This document shows, one piece after another, positions 8,339-16,931 of a stretch of DNA of 64,000 nucleotides. The translations under genes and the position numbers were made by a program. The notes beneath the pieces are model-generated. The model did not search any database. It had not been told where the DNA came from and saw only the letters and a list, made by a program, of their open reading frames with translations. The stretch's first letter is position 1, and every line of letters begins with the position of its first letter. This DNA is from Synergistaceae bacterium (GTDB taxonomy: Bacteria > Synergistota > Synergistia > Synergistales > Aminithiophilaceae). The stretch spans positions 78,996-142,995 of the forward strand of contig JAESII010000005.1 in assembly GCA_016756725.1 (NCBI GenBank), written 5' to 3'.

Positions 8339-9702
8339 CGGTCGCCGTCTTTCTCGGGCCCTCCCTGCCCCTGGAGAAGGCCCGGGAGCTTCTTGATGCC
8401 CGCTATCTCCCGCCTGCCCGTCACGGCGACGTGCTCCGCCTCGTCCGGGAGGGGGCCGTCGAGGCCATCGTCCTCATCGACGGAGCCGAGTTCGGCACCG
8501 GCCCCCTGGTCTGGCACAAGGAGATCCTGGCCGCCCTCGACAGGGGGATCGCCGTCTTCGGCGCCGCCGGGTCCGGGGCGGTCCGCGCCGCCGAGCTGGC
8601 CCGATGGGGCATGAGGGGGTTCGGCGAGGTTTACCGCCTCTACAGCGAGGAGGTGCTCGACGGCGACGATGCCGTGGCCTCTCCGTCGCTCTTTCAAAAC
8701 GGACGGTGGCGCCGTCTGGCCGAACCTTTCGTCAATGTCCGGGCCACCGTCGAGAAGGCCCGACGGGAGGGCCTTCTCGACGAGAACGAAGAGGAGCTCC
8801 TCCTTGCGTCGGCTGGAGCCCTCTTCTACCGGGACCGCACCGTCGAGGCGATCCTGGATCGGGCCGTCGCCTCCGGCGCCATGGCCGGAGAGAGGGCCCG
8901 GACGGTCGAAGGGCTGCTCCGCGACGGTTATGTCGACGTCCAGGCCCGCGACGCCGAAGCGCTCCTGGGCCATCTGGCCCGCCAGGGTCTGGGCGAAAGG
9001 CCCGAGGGGCCTCCCTCGACGGAATGGAAGGAATCTCACGTTTTCCGCCGCCTCGTCGAGGAGGAGCGCCAGGAATCGGTCGGTTCCGTTACGCTGAGGA
9101 CAGGCGAAATCGCCGCCTGGGGGGCCCTGGCCCGGCCCGAGGGTTTCGAGGCGGCCCGGCGCGGGCTGAACCGCTTTCTCGGCCTCGAGCTGGCCCGTCA
9201 GAGAGATCTTCGCGTCACCGACGACGAGATTGACCTGGAGGCGACCCGCTTCAGGCGGAGAAAGGGCCTCGCCGACGAGGCCGCCTTCCGCCGGTGGCTC
9301 GGGGCGAACCACCTCGACGACGAGGGCTACCGACGCCTCATGGAGGACGAGGCGACGCTGAGCCGCCTCCGTCACTGGCTCTTCGTGACGGAGCGCTTCG
9401 GCACGCCCGTGAGGGCCCTCCTCGACGAGATGCGCCTCGAGGGGACCTACGAGGCCACGGCGGCCGAAGCGGCCCGGGCCTACGACCTCTTTCGGACCCT
9501 CTGCGGCGATCTCCGCGAGGAGGCGGCCGATCTGGGAAGCCGCGAGGACTTCTTCGCCGCCTATGTCCAGGCCCATCTCCTTCCCCGGATGGACCGCAGC
9601 TTCCTGGCCTGGTGCGAGGAGATGGGCATCGACAGGGGCCGCGCCCTTTTGCACGCCCTCGTCCGCGAGGGGCTCCGCCGCTTTTGCGACGGTCTGGGCT
9701 AA
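8335..9702 (+). CDS. tfuA: TfuA-like protein with long C-terminal extension
   Basis: VFLGPSL, PPARHGD, LIDG, VWHKEIL, RAAEL..WGMRGFGEVY; GTGA overlap with ycaO stop (alternative start 8326). Confidence 0.88.
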   Translation: MTVAVFLGPSLPLEKARELLDARYLPPARHGDVLRLVREGAVEAIVLIDGAEFGTGPLVWHKEILAALDRGIAVFGAAGSGAVRAAELARWGMRGFGEVYRLYSEEVLDGDDAVASPSLFQNGRWRRLAEPFVNVRATVEKARREGLLDENEEELLLASAGALFYRDRTVEAILDRAVASGAMAGERARTVEGLLRDGYVDVQARDAEALLGHLARQGLGERPEGPPSTEWKESHVFRRLVEEERQESVGSVTLRTGEIAAWGALARPEGFEAARRGLNRFLGLELARQRDLRVTDDEIDLEATRFRRRKGLADEAAFRRWLGANHLDDEGYRRLMEDEATLSRLRHWLFVTERFGTPVRALLDEMRLEGTYEATAAEAARAYDLFRTLCGDLREEAADLGSREDFFAAYVQAHLLPRMDRSFLAWCEEMGIDRGRALLHALVREGLRRFCDGLG

Positions 9703-9713
9703 GAGGGCTGACC

Positions 9714-11186
9714 GTGCCTTCGCGGCCTGAGGTCGTCCGTCTTGTCGGCACCAACCGGGCCCTGACGGCTCAGGTCTTCGAGGAGAACTTTCGTTTCGCC
9801 CTCGGCGGTTCGCTGTCCCTTCGCACCGCCTCGGTCCCGATGGACCCCAAGGAAAATCCGGCCTTTTTCGACGCCGGTGACTTCTTCGCTCCCAACTACG
9901 AGATCCAGCCTCTCGTTCCCTGGCTTCTTGCCCGCCGCGAGGCCCTCGGGAAGGCCCAGCGCCTTCTTTTCGTCGCCCACGCCCCGGGAGGCATGGCCTG
10001 GGTCTGGCGCCTCCTGGCGCCTCTGCTGAGGCCCGGGGACCGCATCGTCGCCCCCAGTCCGCATGCCGCCTCGGTCATCGCCTGGCTCGAGCCGTCGCTG
10101 GAGCCCTTCGTCCGCGTCATCGGCCACCCCATCCCCGGCCCGACCGGGGATGACCTTTCCGGTGAACCCGCCTTCCTCTACCTGGGGCGGATCAGGCCGG
10201 AAAAGTGCCTTCACCAGCTCATCGACGGCTACGCCCTCTTCAGGAGCCGCCGACCCGGTCCGCCTTTGATCATCGCCGGCCCCCTTCACGATGACGACGA
10301 CGGCCGTCCCCTCTCCTACGTGATGGCCCTCAGGCGCCGGGCCGCCCGCCTCGGCCTGGAGAGCTCGGTTCTCTTTCCCGGTCCCCTGAGGGGAAGAATG
10401 AAGGAGGCGGCCCTGGCCGGGGCCCTGGGGCTCTGTAATCTCTCTCTCTCCCTGGAGGAGTCCTTCGGGAAGGCTCCCGCCGAGGGCCTCGTCCGGGGCC
10501 TGCCCGTCCTGGCCACGACGTGGAGCGCCTTTCCGGAGATGCTCCGGTCCCGGGGCGTCTTCGTCCCCTGCCGGAAAGGAGCGGGGAGCCGGACCGTCGA
10601 TGCCGGCGAGATCGCATCGGGTCTGGAGGCCCTCCTGGATCGGGGCCGTCTCGACCCGCTTCGTGATGGGGCCAACCCCTACGCTCCGGCTGCCGTCGGC
10701 GGCGCCTACGAAAAGCTCCTGACCGAGGCCCTTGAGGAGAGCAGCCTAAGGGCCCCTTCAGGCCGTCTCGGGGCCCTTGACAGGGTTGCTCCCCTCTGTG
10801 GCCTGTCCTGGGAGGAGCTCTTCGGCTTTCACCGCGACGAATGTTCGCGCAGGCTGAAGCGGATGGCCGGTAAAGAGGCGGCCGCCTACGGGCGGGCCGA
10901 GAGGATCCAGGGCATTCTGGCCCTCTCCCTTCAGGAGGATCTGACGGCCCTTTTCGCCCACGATGGCGTCGTCTTCTCGGGACAGAACCTCTCCCTGCCC
11001 CTCGACGGGACGGAAAGTCCCCTCCTTCGTGGAGCGGCACGGGGTGAAGCCAGTCTGGCCTCCCGTCTTGCCTCCGTGGCGGCTCTCGCCGAAGAGGGGG
11101 AGGTCGCCGAGGGGCGCCGTCTCCTGGAGGCCCTGCCCGAGGGGGGGGTGTCCTTCGCGCCTTTGCCGCCGTCCGTCTGGCCCTGA
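9714..11186 (+). CDS. GT-B (GT4-like) glycosyltransferase, 5' part; frameshifted at G8 tract 11141-11148
   Basis: YLGRIRPEK and ESFGKAPAEGL..GLPVLAT...FPEML GT4 motifs; GTG start 9714 inferred. Confidence 0.78.
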   Translation: MPSRPEVVRLVGTNRALTAQVFEENFRFALGGSLSLRTASVPMDPKENPAFFDAGDFFAPNYEIQPLVPWLLARREALGKAQRLLFVAHAPGGMAWVWRLLAPLLRPGDRIVAPSPHAASVIAWLEPSLEPFVRVIGHPIPGPTGDDLSGEPAFLYLGRIRPEKCLHQLIDGYALFRSRRPGPPLIIAGPLHDDDDGRPLSYVMALRRRAARLGLESSVLFPGPLRGRMKEAALAGALGLCNLSLSLEESFGKAPAEGLVRGLPVLATTWSAFPEMLRSRGVFVPCRKGAGSRTVDAGEIASGLEALLDRGRLDPLRDGANPYAPAAVGGAYEKLLTEALEESSLRAPSGRLGALDRVAPLCGLSWEELFGFHRDECSRRLKRMAGKEAAAYGRAERIQGILALSLQEDLTALFAHDGVVFSGQNLSLPLDGTESPLLRGAARGEASLASRLASVAALAEEGEVAEGRRLLEALPEGGVSFAPLPPSVWP

Positions 11187-11524
11187 AGGAGGGCGACGCA
11201 GGCGGAGCCCTCCGGGCCTGGGCGGCCAGGCCCGGAGTCTGGTCCGAGAAAGAGGAGGGAGGGGCCTGGCTCCGCATGGGCGCTGAAATCGCCCGCTTCG
11301 GCGGATCTCCCGCGGCCCGGGCCGTTCTTCCTGTCCTGAAGGACTGGTGCCGTCGTTTCCCCGACGGGCCCGAGACGGGGGCCGTGGCCCTGGGCTGGTG
11401 TCTGGCGGCCCTGGCCGGCGACGTCGCCGAGGAAGGCCGGGAGGCCCTGAACCTGGCCCGAGCCCTCCTGCCCGAGGGAGAGCTGCTCCGCCGTCTCGAT
11501 TCCGTCCTTTTGGGGGTGTGCTGA
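11147..11524 (+). pseudogene. C-terminal helical (TPR-like) continuation of the glycosyltransferase in the shifted frame
   Basis: Open frame from 11147 (GVLRAFAAVRLALKEGDAGGALRAW...) joins ORF 11276-11524; adding one G to the G8 tract gives a single 603-aa ORF 9714-11524. Confidence 0.65.
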
Positions 11525-13140
11525 AAACGGGAACGCTGCTGCTCTGCCATCTGCCCTTTGCTCCGGCCACGCCGCCTCATCTGGCCCTGCCCGTCCTCGC
11601 CGGTTACCTCCGGTCACGGGGATGGCCGGTACGCTGCTGGGACGGCAACAACGCCTTTGTCCACCGAGTCGGCCGACCGGAGGCCGTCGCCGCTGGCCGG
11701 GAGCGTCTGGCAGCCCTTCGCGGCCGTCCCGAGAGGCCGGCCTGGGCGGACCGGACCGAGGCGGTCCTCGCCCGCCTGGGAGACCGCGTCGCCTGCCTCG
11801 ACCGCCCCGAGGTCTTCGTCTCGGCCCGGGAGCGGAACCTGGCCCTCGAGGCCGTCCTCGACCTGGCCTCGCTGGGAAAGAGGGAGCGGGTCCTCTTTGA
11901 CCGGGTCAGCAACGGTCTCGGCCTCCTTTCGCCGTCGTCGCCCTACTCGCTGAAGGCCTCCCTCGAGGCGGCTTCCGCCTTCGATCTCCTGGAGGGCTTT
12001 TTCGAGGACGAGCTCCTGCCTCTGGCCGACGGCACCGTCTCCGTCGCGGGCCTTTCCGTCTCCTTCGCCGAGCAGTTCCAGCCAGCCCTCCGGGCGGCGA
12101 GGGTCCTGAAGGCCGCGAGGCCGGAGTTGCCCGTCTACCTGGGCGGCTCCTTCGTCTCCTATCATCTGCGGGACGTCGGCGACAGCCTTTTCGACCTCGT
12201 TGACGGCGTCGTCATCGGTGACGGCGAGAGGGCCCTCGAGGAGATCCTGCGCCGGGAGGAGGGCGGCAGCCGGGGGGAGCCCGCCATCGCCGGCCTGGTG
12301 ACGCGGACCAGGCCCTTTGAGGGACCCGCTCAGGCCCCCCCTTTGACAGAGCTTCCCGATCCCGATTTCTCCGACTTTCCGCCGCGGCGCTACTTTTTCC
12401 CCGAGGGCCGGGCCATCCTTCCCCTGCGTTTTTCCCGGGGCTGCTGGTGGAACCGCTGCGCCTTCTGCCGCGGTTACAGCGGCACCTACGACCGGGCCGA
12501 GCCGTCCTTCCTCGTCGACCAGCTCCTGCGCCTTGCCGGCCGGACCCGGGCGCGGTCCTTCATCCTCTCCGACGCCTGCCTCTTGCCGGAAGTCCTCTAC
12601 GGTTTCGCCCAGCTTTTGACGGAACGGGGCTCTTCCTTCCTCTGGAACGCCCACTTCCGCTTTCACCCCTCGTTGACGCTGGAGAAGATCGTCCTTCTCC
12701 GGCAGGCCGGGTGCAGCCGCCTCTTCCTGGGCCTCGAAGCCTTCTCGGACCGCCTGCTGACGCTGATGGACAAGGGGATCACGACGGAGCTGATCGACCG
12801 CAACCTCCGCGACCTGGCCTGGGCGGGGATGGACGTTTTCCTCTACGTCATCGTCGGTTTCCCCACCGAGACGGAGGAGGAGGCCCGCGAGGGCTTCCGG
12901 CGACTGAAGAGACATCTCGACGAGGGTCTTTCGGCGACGGTCCAGTTCAACCCCTTCATCCTCTTTCCCGATTCTCCCGTCGGGAGGGCCCCAGAGAAGT
13001 ACGGCATCGGGGAGGTCCTTTGCGACGAGAGAGAGGATCTCCTCGCCCCGGCCCGATCCTATCGGGGGCCGGGGATGACGCCTTCCCGAGCCGTCGAACT
13101 GGCCGGGGAGTTCTCCCGCGTCCTGTCGTCATCATCGTGA
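11518..13140 (+). CDS. B12-binding radical SAM enzyme 1 (putative RiPP methyltransferase)
   Basis: N-terminal cobalamin-binding-type fold (PHLALPVLAGYL, GLSV.F..Q, GG, GDGE), RGCWWNRCAFC, GLE, IVGFPTET; start overlaps the previous stop. Confidence 0.85.
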   Translation: MLKTGTLLLCHLPFAPATPPHLALPVLAGYLRSRGWPVRCWDGNNAFVHRVGRPEAVAAGRERLAALRGRPERPAWADRTEAVLARLGDRVACLDRPEVFVSARERNLALEAVLDLASLGKRERVLFDRVSNGLGLLSPSSPYSLKASLEAASAFDLLEGFFEDELLPLADGTVSVAGLSVSFAEQFQPALRAARVLKAARPELPVYLGGSFVSYHLRDVGDSLFDLVDGVVIGDGERALEEILRREEGGSRGEPAIAGLVTRTRPFEGPAQAPPLTELPDPDFSDFPPRRYFFPEGRAILPLRFSRGCWWNRCAFCRGYSGTYDRAEPSFLVDQLLRLAGRTRARSFILSDACLLPEVLYGFAQLLTERGSSFLWNAHFRFHPSLTLEKIVLLRQAGCSRLFLGLEAFSDRLLTLMDKGITTELIDRNLRDLAWAGMDVFLYVIVGFPTETEEEAREGFRRLKRHLDEGLSATVQFNPFILFPDSPVGRAPEKYGIGEVLCDEREDLLAPARSYRGPGMTPSRAVELAGEFSRVLSSSS

Positions 13141-13166
13141 ACGGATCTTTCGAAGGAGGTCTTCAG

Positions 13167-15041
13167 ATGTTGTCCCCGTCTCGGGGCGATCTTCAGGGCA
13201 TCACCCTGATCATCCCCCCCATCAGCGCTCCGACCCGGCCCTACCCGAGTGTCCCCCAATTGGCCGGGTATCTCCGCCGCAAGGGAATTCCCGTGAGGGC
13301 CCTTGACGCCAACATCGCCTTCTGCCGCCACTTCCTCCGCGGCGAGAGACTGGACGAAGGGATCGCCTACGGACTGGACCGGCTCCGGACCCTGGACGGC
13401 CAGGACAGCCTGGCTTATGCCGAGATGGTCGAATATCTCTCCCTGGCCCGGGCCGGAGCCATCGTCGATCACTTCGGGCCGGAGCGCTTCCGGGCCTACA
13501 TCGAGAGGCGCGAGGCCATGCCCCGAGAGCTGCAGGGCAAGATTCTCGACGTCGCCTCCCGACTGATTCTGGCCTCCCACTTTCCCGAGTCGATCCGTCA
13601 CAACGACGAGGACATGCAGTTCGCCGGCCGGGGCAACCCCTATTCGAGCGCCTACCTCCTCGAGGCGTCCCGGGAGGAGGGTCTTTTCGGCTCCTTCTTC
13701 GAGACCTGGCTCGCCCCCCTGCTGCGCTCTGAGAGGCCTCTCATCGCCGGCCTTTCCGTCGTCTTTCCCGGCCATATCGTGCCGGCTCTGCGCATCGCCC
13801 GGGCCATCCGCAGGCTCTCGCCCTCGACGGCCATCGTCTTCGGCGGTCCCTTCGTCATGTTCCATCTCTCCCGGGCCCCCCAGGACAGTTTTTTCGACCT
13901 TATCGACTACATGATCGCCGGCGACGGCGAGGTGCCCCTGGCGGCCCTCTACGAGGCGCTCCGTCAGGGCTCGCGGGATCTCTCCTCCGTTCCGGGGCTC
14001 ATCTACCGCGAGGGGGGGCTGAGGCGATCCAACCCCGAAGGGCCCCACCTTCCCATGGACGAGGCCTGCACCGACTACAGCGACTTTCCCCTCGGGGACT
14101 ACTACCGTCACCCCAAGGATCCCTTCGCCTTCTTCCGCCTCTCCCGGGGCTGCTCCTGGGCGCGCTGCGCCTTCTGCCGGACCGAGACGCCGCTCATCTC
14201 CTGCTACCAGGAGGGCGATCCTGACCGCCTCTTCGAGCAGGTCCGAAGGCAGGTCGAGGAAAGAGGGACGGTCTTTTTCCCCTTCACCGACGACGAGGCC
14301 TCACCGGAGCGGGTCGAGGCCTTCGCCCGGCGCGTCATCGATGAAAAGCTCCCCATCGAATGGTCCATCAACATGCGCATGGACAGCCGCGTCACCCTGG
14401 AGAGGTGCCGCCTCTTCCGCGAGGCGGGCTGCATCAACCTCATCATGGGCCTCGAGAGTTTCCATGACCGGCTGCTGAAGCTCATCGCCAAGGGGATCAC
14501 CGTCCCTCTCATCGAGCGGGTCCTCTCCAACGTCTCCTGGTCGGGCCTGCGGGCGGGCATCTACATGATTGTCGGCCTGCCGACGGAGACCGTCGACGAG
14601 GCCGAGGAGTCCTTCCGACGCATCTTCGCCTACTGCCGCGACGGCGACGTGAGCTATGTCTTCTACTCGCCCTATCAGGTCCTGAGCGACTCGCCCATCG
14701 GCCGTGATCCCCGCCGCTACGGCATCACCGACCTCAACGTGCCCGAGACTCTCGACCTGGACCCGCCCAACGTCTGGTTCCGGGGCGAGGGGATGACGCG
14801 GATCGACTCCTTCTCCCTCATGCAGCGCTACAGCTGGGCCATCTGGAGGGCTCTCGGCAAGAGGACGCCGCCGGCCCTGACGAGTCTCCGTCTCGGCGGT
14901 GAGGAGGTCGTCTTTCACTACGATCTCGGCGAGATGGCCCGGAAAATCAGCGAGAACGTCGAACCCTATCTGGCCTTTGGCGAATACCTCGAAAACGGAA
15001 GAAGGGCCGCTCTCGGACTGGCGCGGAGGGCGACGCCGTGA
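13167..15041 (+). CDS. B12-binding radical SAM enzyme 2
   Basis: RBS AAGGAGG before ATG 13167; PQLAGYL, GLSV, GDGE, SRGCSWARCAFC, GLES, IVGLPTET. Confidence 0.87.
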   Translation: MLSPSRGDLQGITLIIPPISAPTRPYPSVPQLAGYLRRKGIPVRALDANIAFCRHFLRGERLDEGIAYGLDRLRTLDGQDSLAYAEMVEYLSLARAGAIVDHFGPERFRAYIERREAMPRELQGKILDVASRLILASHFPESIRHNDEDMQFAGRGNPYSSAYLLEASREEGLFGSFFETWLAPLLRSERPLIAGLSVVFPGHIVPALRIARAIRRLSPSTAIVFGGPFVMFHLSRAPQDSFFDLIDYMIAGDGEVPLAALYEALRQGSRDLSSVPGLIYREGGLRRSNPEGPHLPMDEACTDYSDFPLGDYYRHPKDPFAFFRLSRGCSWARCAFCRTETPLISCYQEGDPDRLFEQVRRQVEERGTVFFPFTDDEASPERVEAFARRVIDEKLPIEWSINMRMDSRVTLERCRLFREAGCINLIMGLESFHDRLLKLIAKGITVPLIERVLSNVSWSGLRAGIYMIVGLPTETVDEAEESFRRIFAYCRDGDVSYVFYSPYQVLSDSPIGRDPRRYGITDLNVPETLDLDPPNVWFRGEGMTRIDSFSLMQRYSWAIWRALGKRTPPALTSLRLGGEEVVFHYDLGEMARKISENVEPYLAFGEYLENGRRAALGLARRATP

Positions 15042-16864
15042 CGGAGGAGATCCTCCTTCTGGGACCGCCCTGCGATGGGCCTTACGGTCCGGCGGCGGCC
15101 CTGCCTCAGCTCGCGGGCCATCTCCGGAGGCAGGGCCTGCCGGTGCGGGCCGTTGACGCCAACGCCGCCTTCTTCCGCCATCACTTCACGGACCGGGCCC
15201 TCCCGGGCGGCCTTGAGCGCGGGGCGGACCGTCTCGAGGCCCTGGCGTCCCGGAAGAGTCTCTCCTTCGGCGCGATGATGGAATACCTCGCACTCGCCAA
15301 GGCGGCTCTCGTCCTCCGGCGGGGAGGGCCCGAGCTGGTGGCCCGCGCCCTCGATCGGGACAGAAAGATGGCTGGATCCCTGAGGAGCCTCCTTTTCGAG
15401 AGCCTTTCCAGGTTCATCGATGGCGGAACCTTCCCGGAGAGCCTCTGGAACGTGGGGGAGGCCATCTTCTACGAAGGGGGGAGCCCCTACGGAACCGATT
15501 CCGTCCTTGAGGGGGTTTCGGGGCCCAGCCTCTTCGGCGATTTCTTCGAAACCTTCGTCGACGGCCTCACCCTTTCCCGGCCCAGGCTGGCGGGAATATC
15601 CGTCACCTATGCCAGCCAGGCCATGGCGGCCTTCCGCCTGGCCAGGGCGCTGAAAGGACGCTTTCCCGGCCTTTTCGTCGTCCTCGGCGGGGCCTTCGTC
15701 ACCCTCCACCTGAGCCGGACGGAGCGGACCGATTTTTTCCGCCTCGTCGACGGCCTGGCCGTCGGTGACGGTGAGAGGACGCTGGAAAAGGCCTATGCCG
15801 TCCTCGGCGCCCGAGGGGACCTGGCCACGGTGCCGGGCCTCGTCTTCGTCCGCCGGGGAGAGCTCGTCCGGGTACCTCCCGCGCCGCCGACGCCGCTGGA
15901 AGCGACCGGTCCCGAATGGAGCGATTTCCCCGAAGAGGATTATTATCGTGACGGGAGCGGCGATGTGACCGGTTTCCGCCTCTCCCGGGGCTGTTCCTGG
16001 GCGCGCTGCGCCTTCTGCCGGACCGAAGAGGCCTTCATCGCCCACCGCGACCGGGTTGACCGGGCCCATTTCGCCCGTCTCAAGGAGCTCCTGGGAGAAG
16101 GAGGGCGTTCCGTCGCCTTCGGCGACGACGAGGCCGACGCCGATCTCCTCGAGGCCTTTTCCCGATGGGTACTCGACGAGGGACTCTCCTTCGGCTGGAC
16201 CGTCAACGCCCGGATCGGCCCGGGCCTCACCCTGGAGCGGTGCCGCCTTTTCCGTCGGGCCGGCTGCAGGCGGCTCGTCGTCGGCATCGAAAGTCTCGAC
16301 GACGCCCTCCTGGCTCTGATGCGCAAGGGGACGACGGTCTCTCTCATCGAGAGGACCCTCTCCAACCTGGCCTGGGCGGGCCTGCCCGTGGGGGCCTACA
16401 TGATCGCCGGTTTTCCGACGGAGACGGAAAACCGGGCCCGCCGTTCCTTTGAGAGAATCGGCCGCCTCCGCGACGAGGGGCTGGTGAGTTCCGTCTTCTA
16501 TTCGGCCTTTCAGATTGCCCCCGGTTCGGCCGTGGCCGAAAGGCCGGAAGACTTCGGCATCACGGCGATCCGTTACCCTTGCGGGGCCGATCTGAACCCT
16601 CCGGCCGTCGATTTCGAGGGACCGGGGATGAGCCGGCAAAGGGCCTTCGCCCTCTGCCAGGACTTCGGGGCCTCTTTCCAGAGACGGACCCCGCCTGAGG
16701 AGGGGGTGCCGGAGAGCGTCGTCGTGGGTGCGAGGAGGATCAGGCTGACCTTCCCCCTTGATGAAGTGGCCGGGGCGATCCGACGCTTTGCCCCGCCCCA
16801 TCTGGATTTTTTCGGCTATATCGAAAGGGGAGAGGCGATCTGTCCGCCCCTGAAGCGCCCCTGA
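15038..16864 (+). CDS. B12-binding radical SAM enzyme 3
   Basis: PQLAGHL, GISV, GDGE, SRGCSWARCAFC, GIES, IAGFPTET; GTGA overlap with the previous gene. Confidence 0.87.
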   Translation: MTEEILLLGPPCDGPYGPAAALPQLAGHLRRQGLPVRAVDANAAFFRHHFTDRALPGGLERGADRLEALASRKSLSFGAMMEYLALAKAALVLRRGGPELVARALDRDRKMAGSLRSLLFESLSRFIDGGTFPESLWNVGEAIFYEGGSPYGTDSVLEGVSGPSLFGDFFETFVDGLTLSRPRLAGISVTYASQAMAAFRLARALKGRFPGLFVVLGGAFVTLHLSRTERTDFFRLVDGLAVGDGERTLEKAYAVLGARGDLATVPGLVFVRRGELVRVPPAPPTPLEATGPEWSDFPEEDYYRDGSGDVTGFRLSRGCSWARCAFCRTEEAFIAHRDRVDRAHFARLKELLGEGGRSVAFGDDEADADLLEAFSRWVLDEGLSFGWTVNARIGPGLTLERCRLFRRAGCRRLVVGIESLDDALLALMRKGTTVSLIERTLSNLAWAGLPVGAYMIAGFPTETENRARRSFERIGRLRDEGLVSSVFYSAFQIAPGSAVAERPEDFGITAIRYPCGADLNPPAVDFEGPGMSRQRAFALCQDFGASFQRRTPPEEGVPESVVVGARRIRLTFPLDEVAGAIRRFAPPHLDFFGYIERGEAICPPLKRP

Positions 16865-16931
16865 CGGCGTCCCCTTCCGGGGAAGGCCGTCGTCGGAGGG
16901 CCGTGAAGGCGAACCGAGGGAGGTGAAGGAG

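Noticed and set aside
11184-11186. Selenocysteine or readthrough at the glycosyltransferase TGA
   Set aside because: The plausible continuation is in a different frame and is explained by the G8 tract
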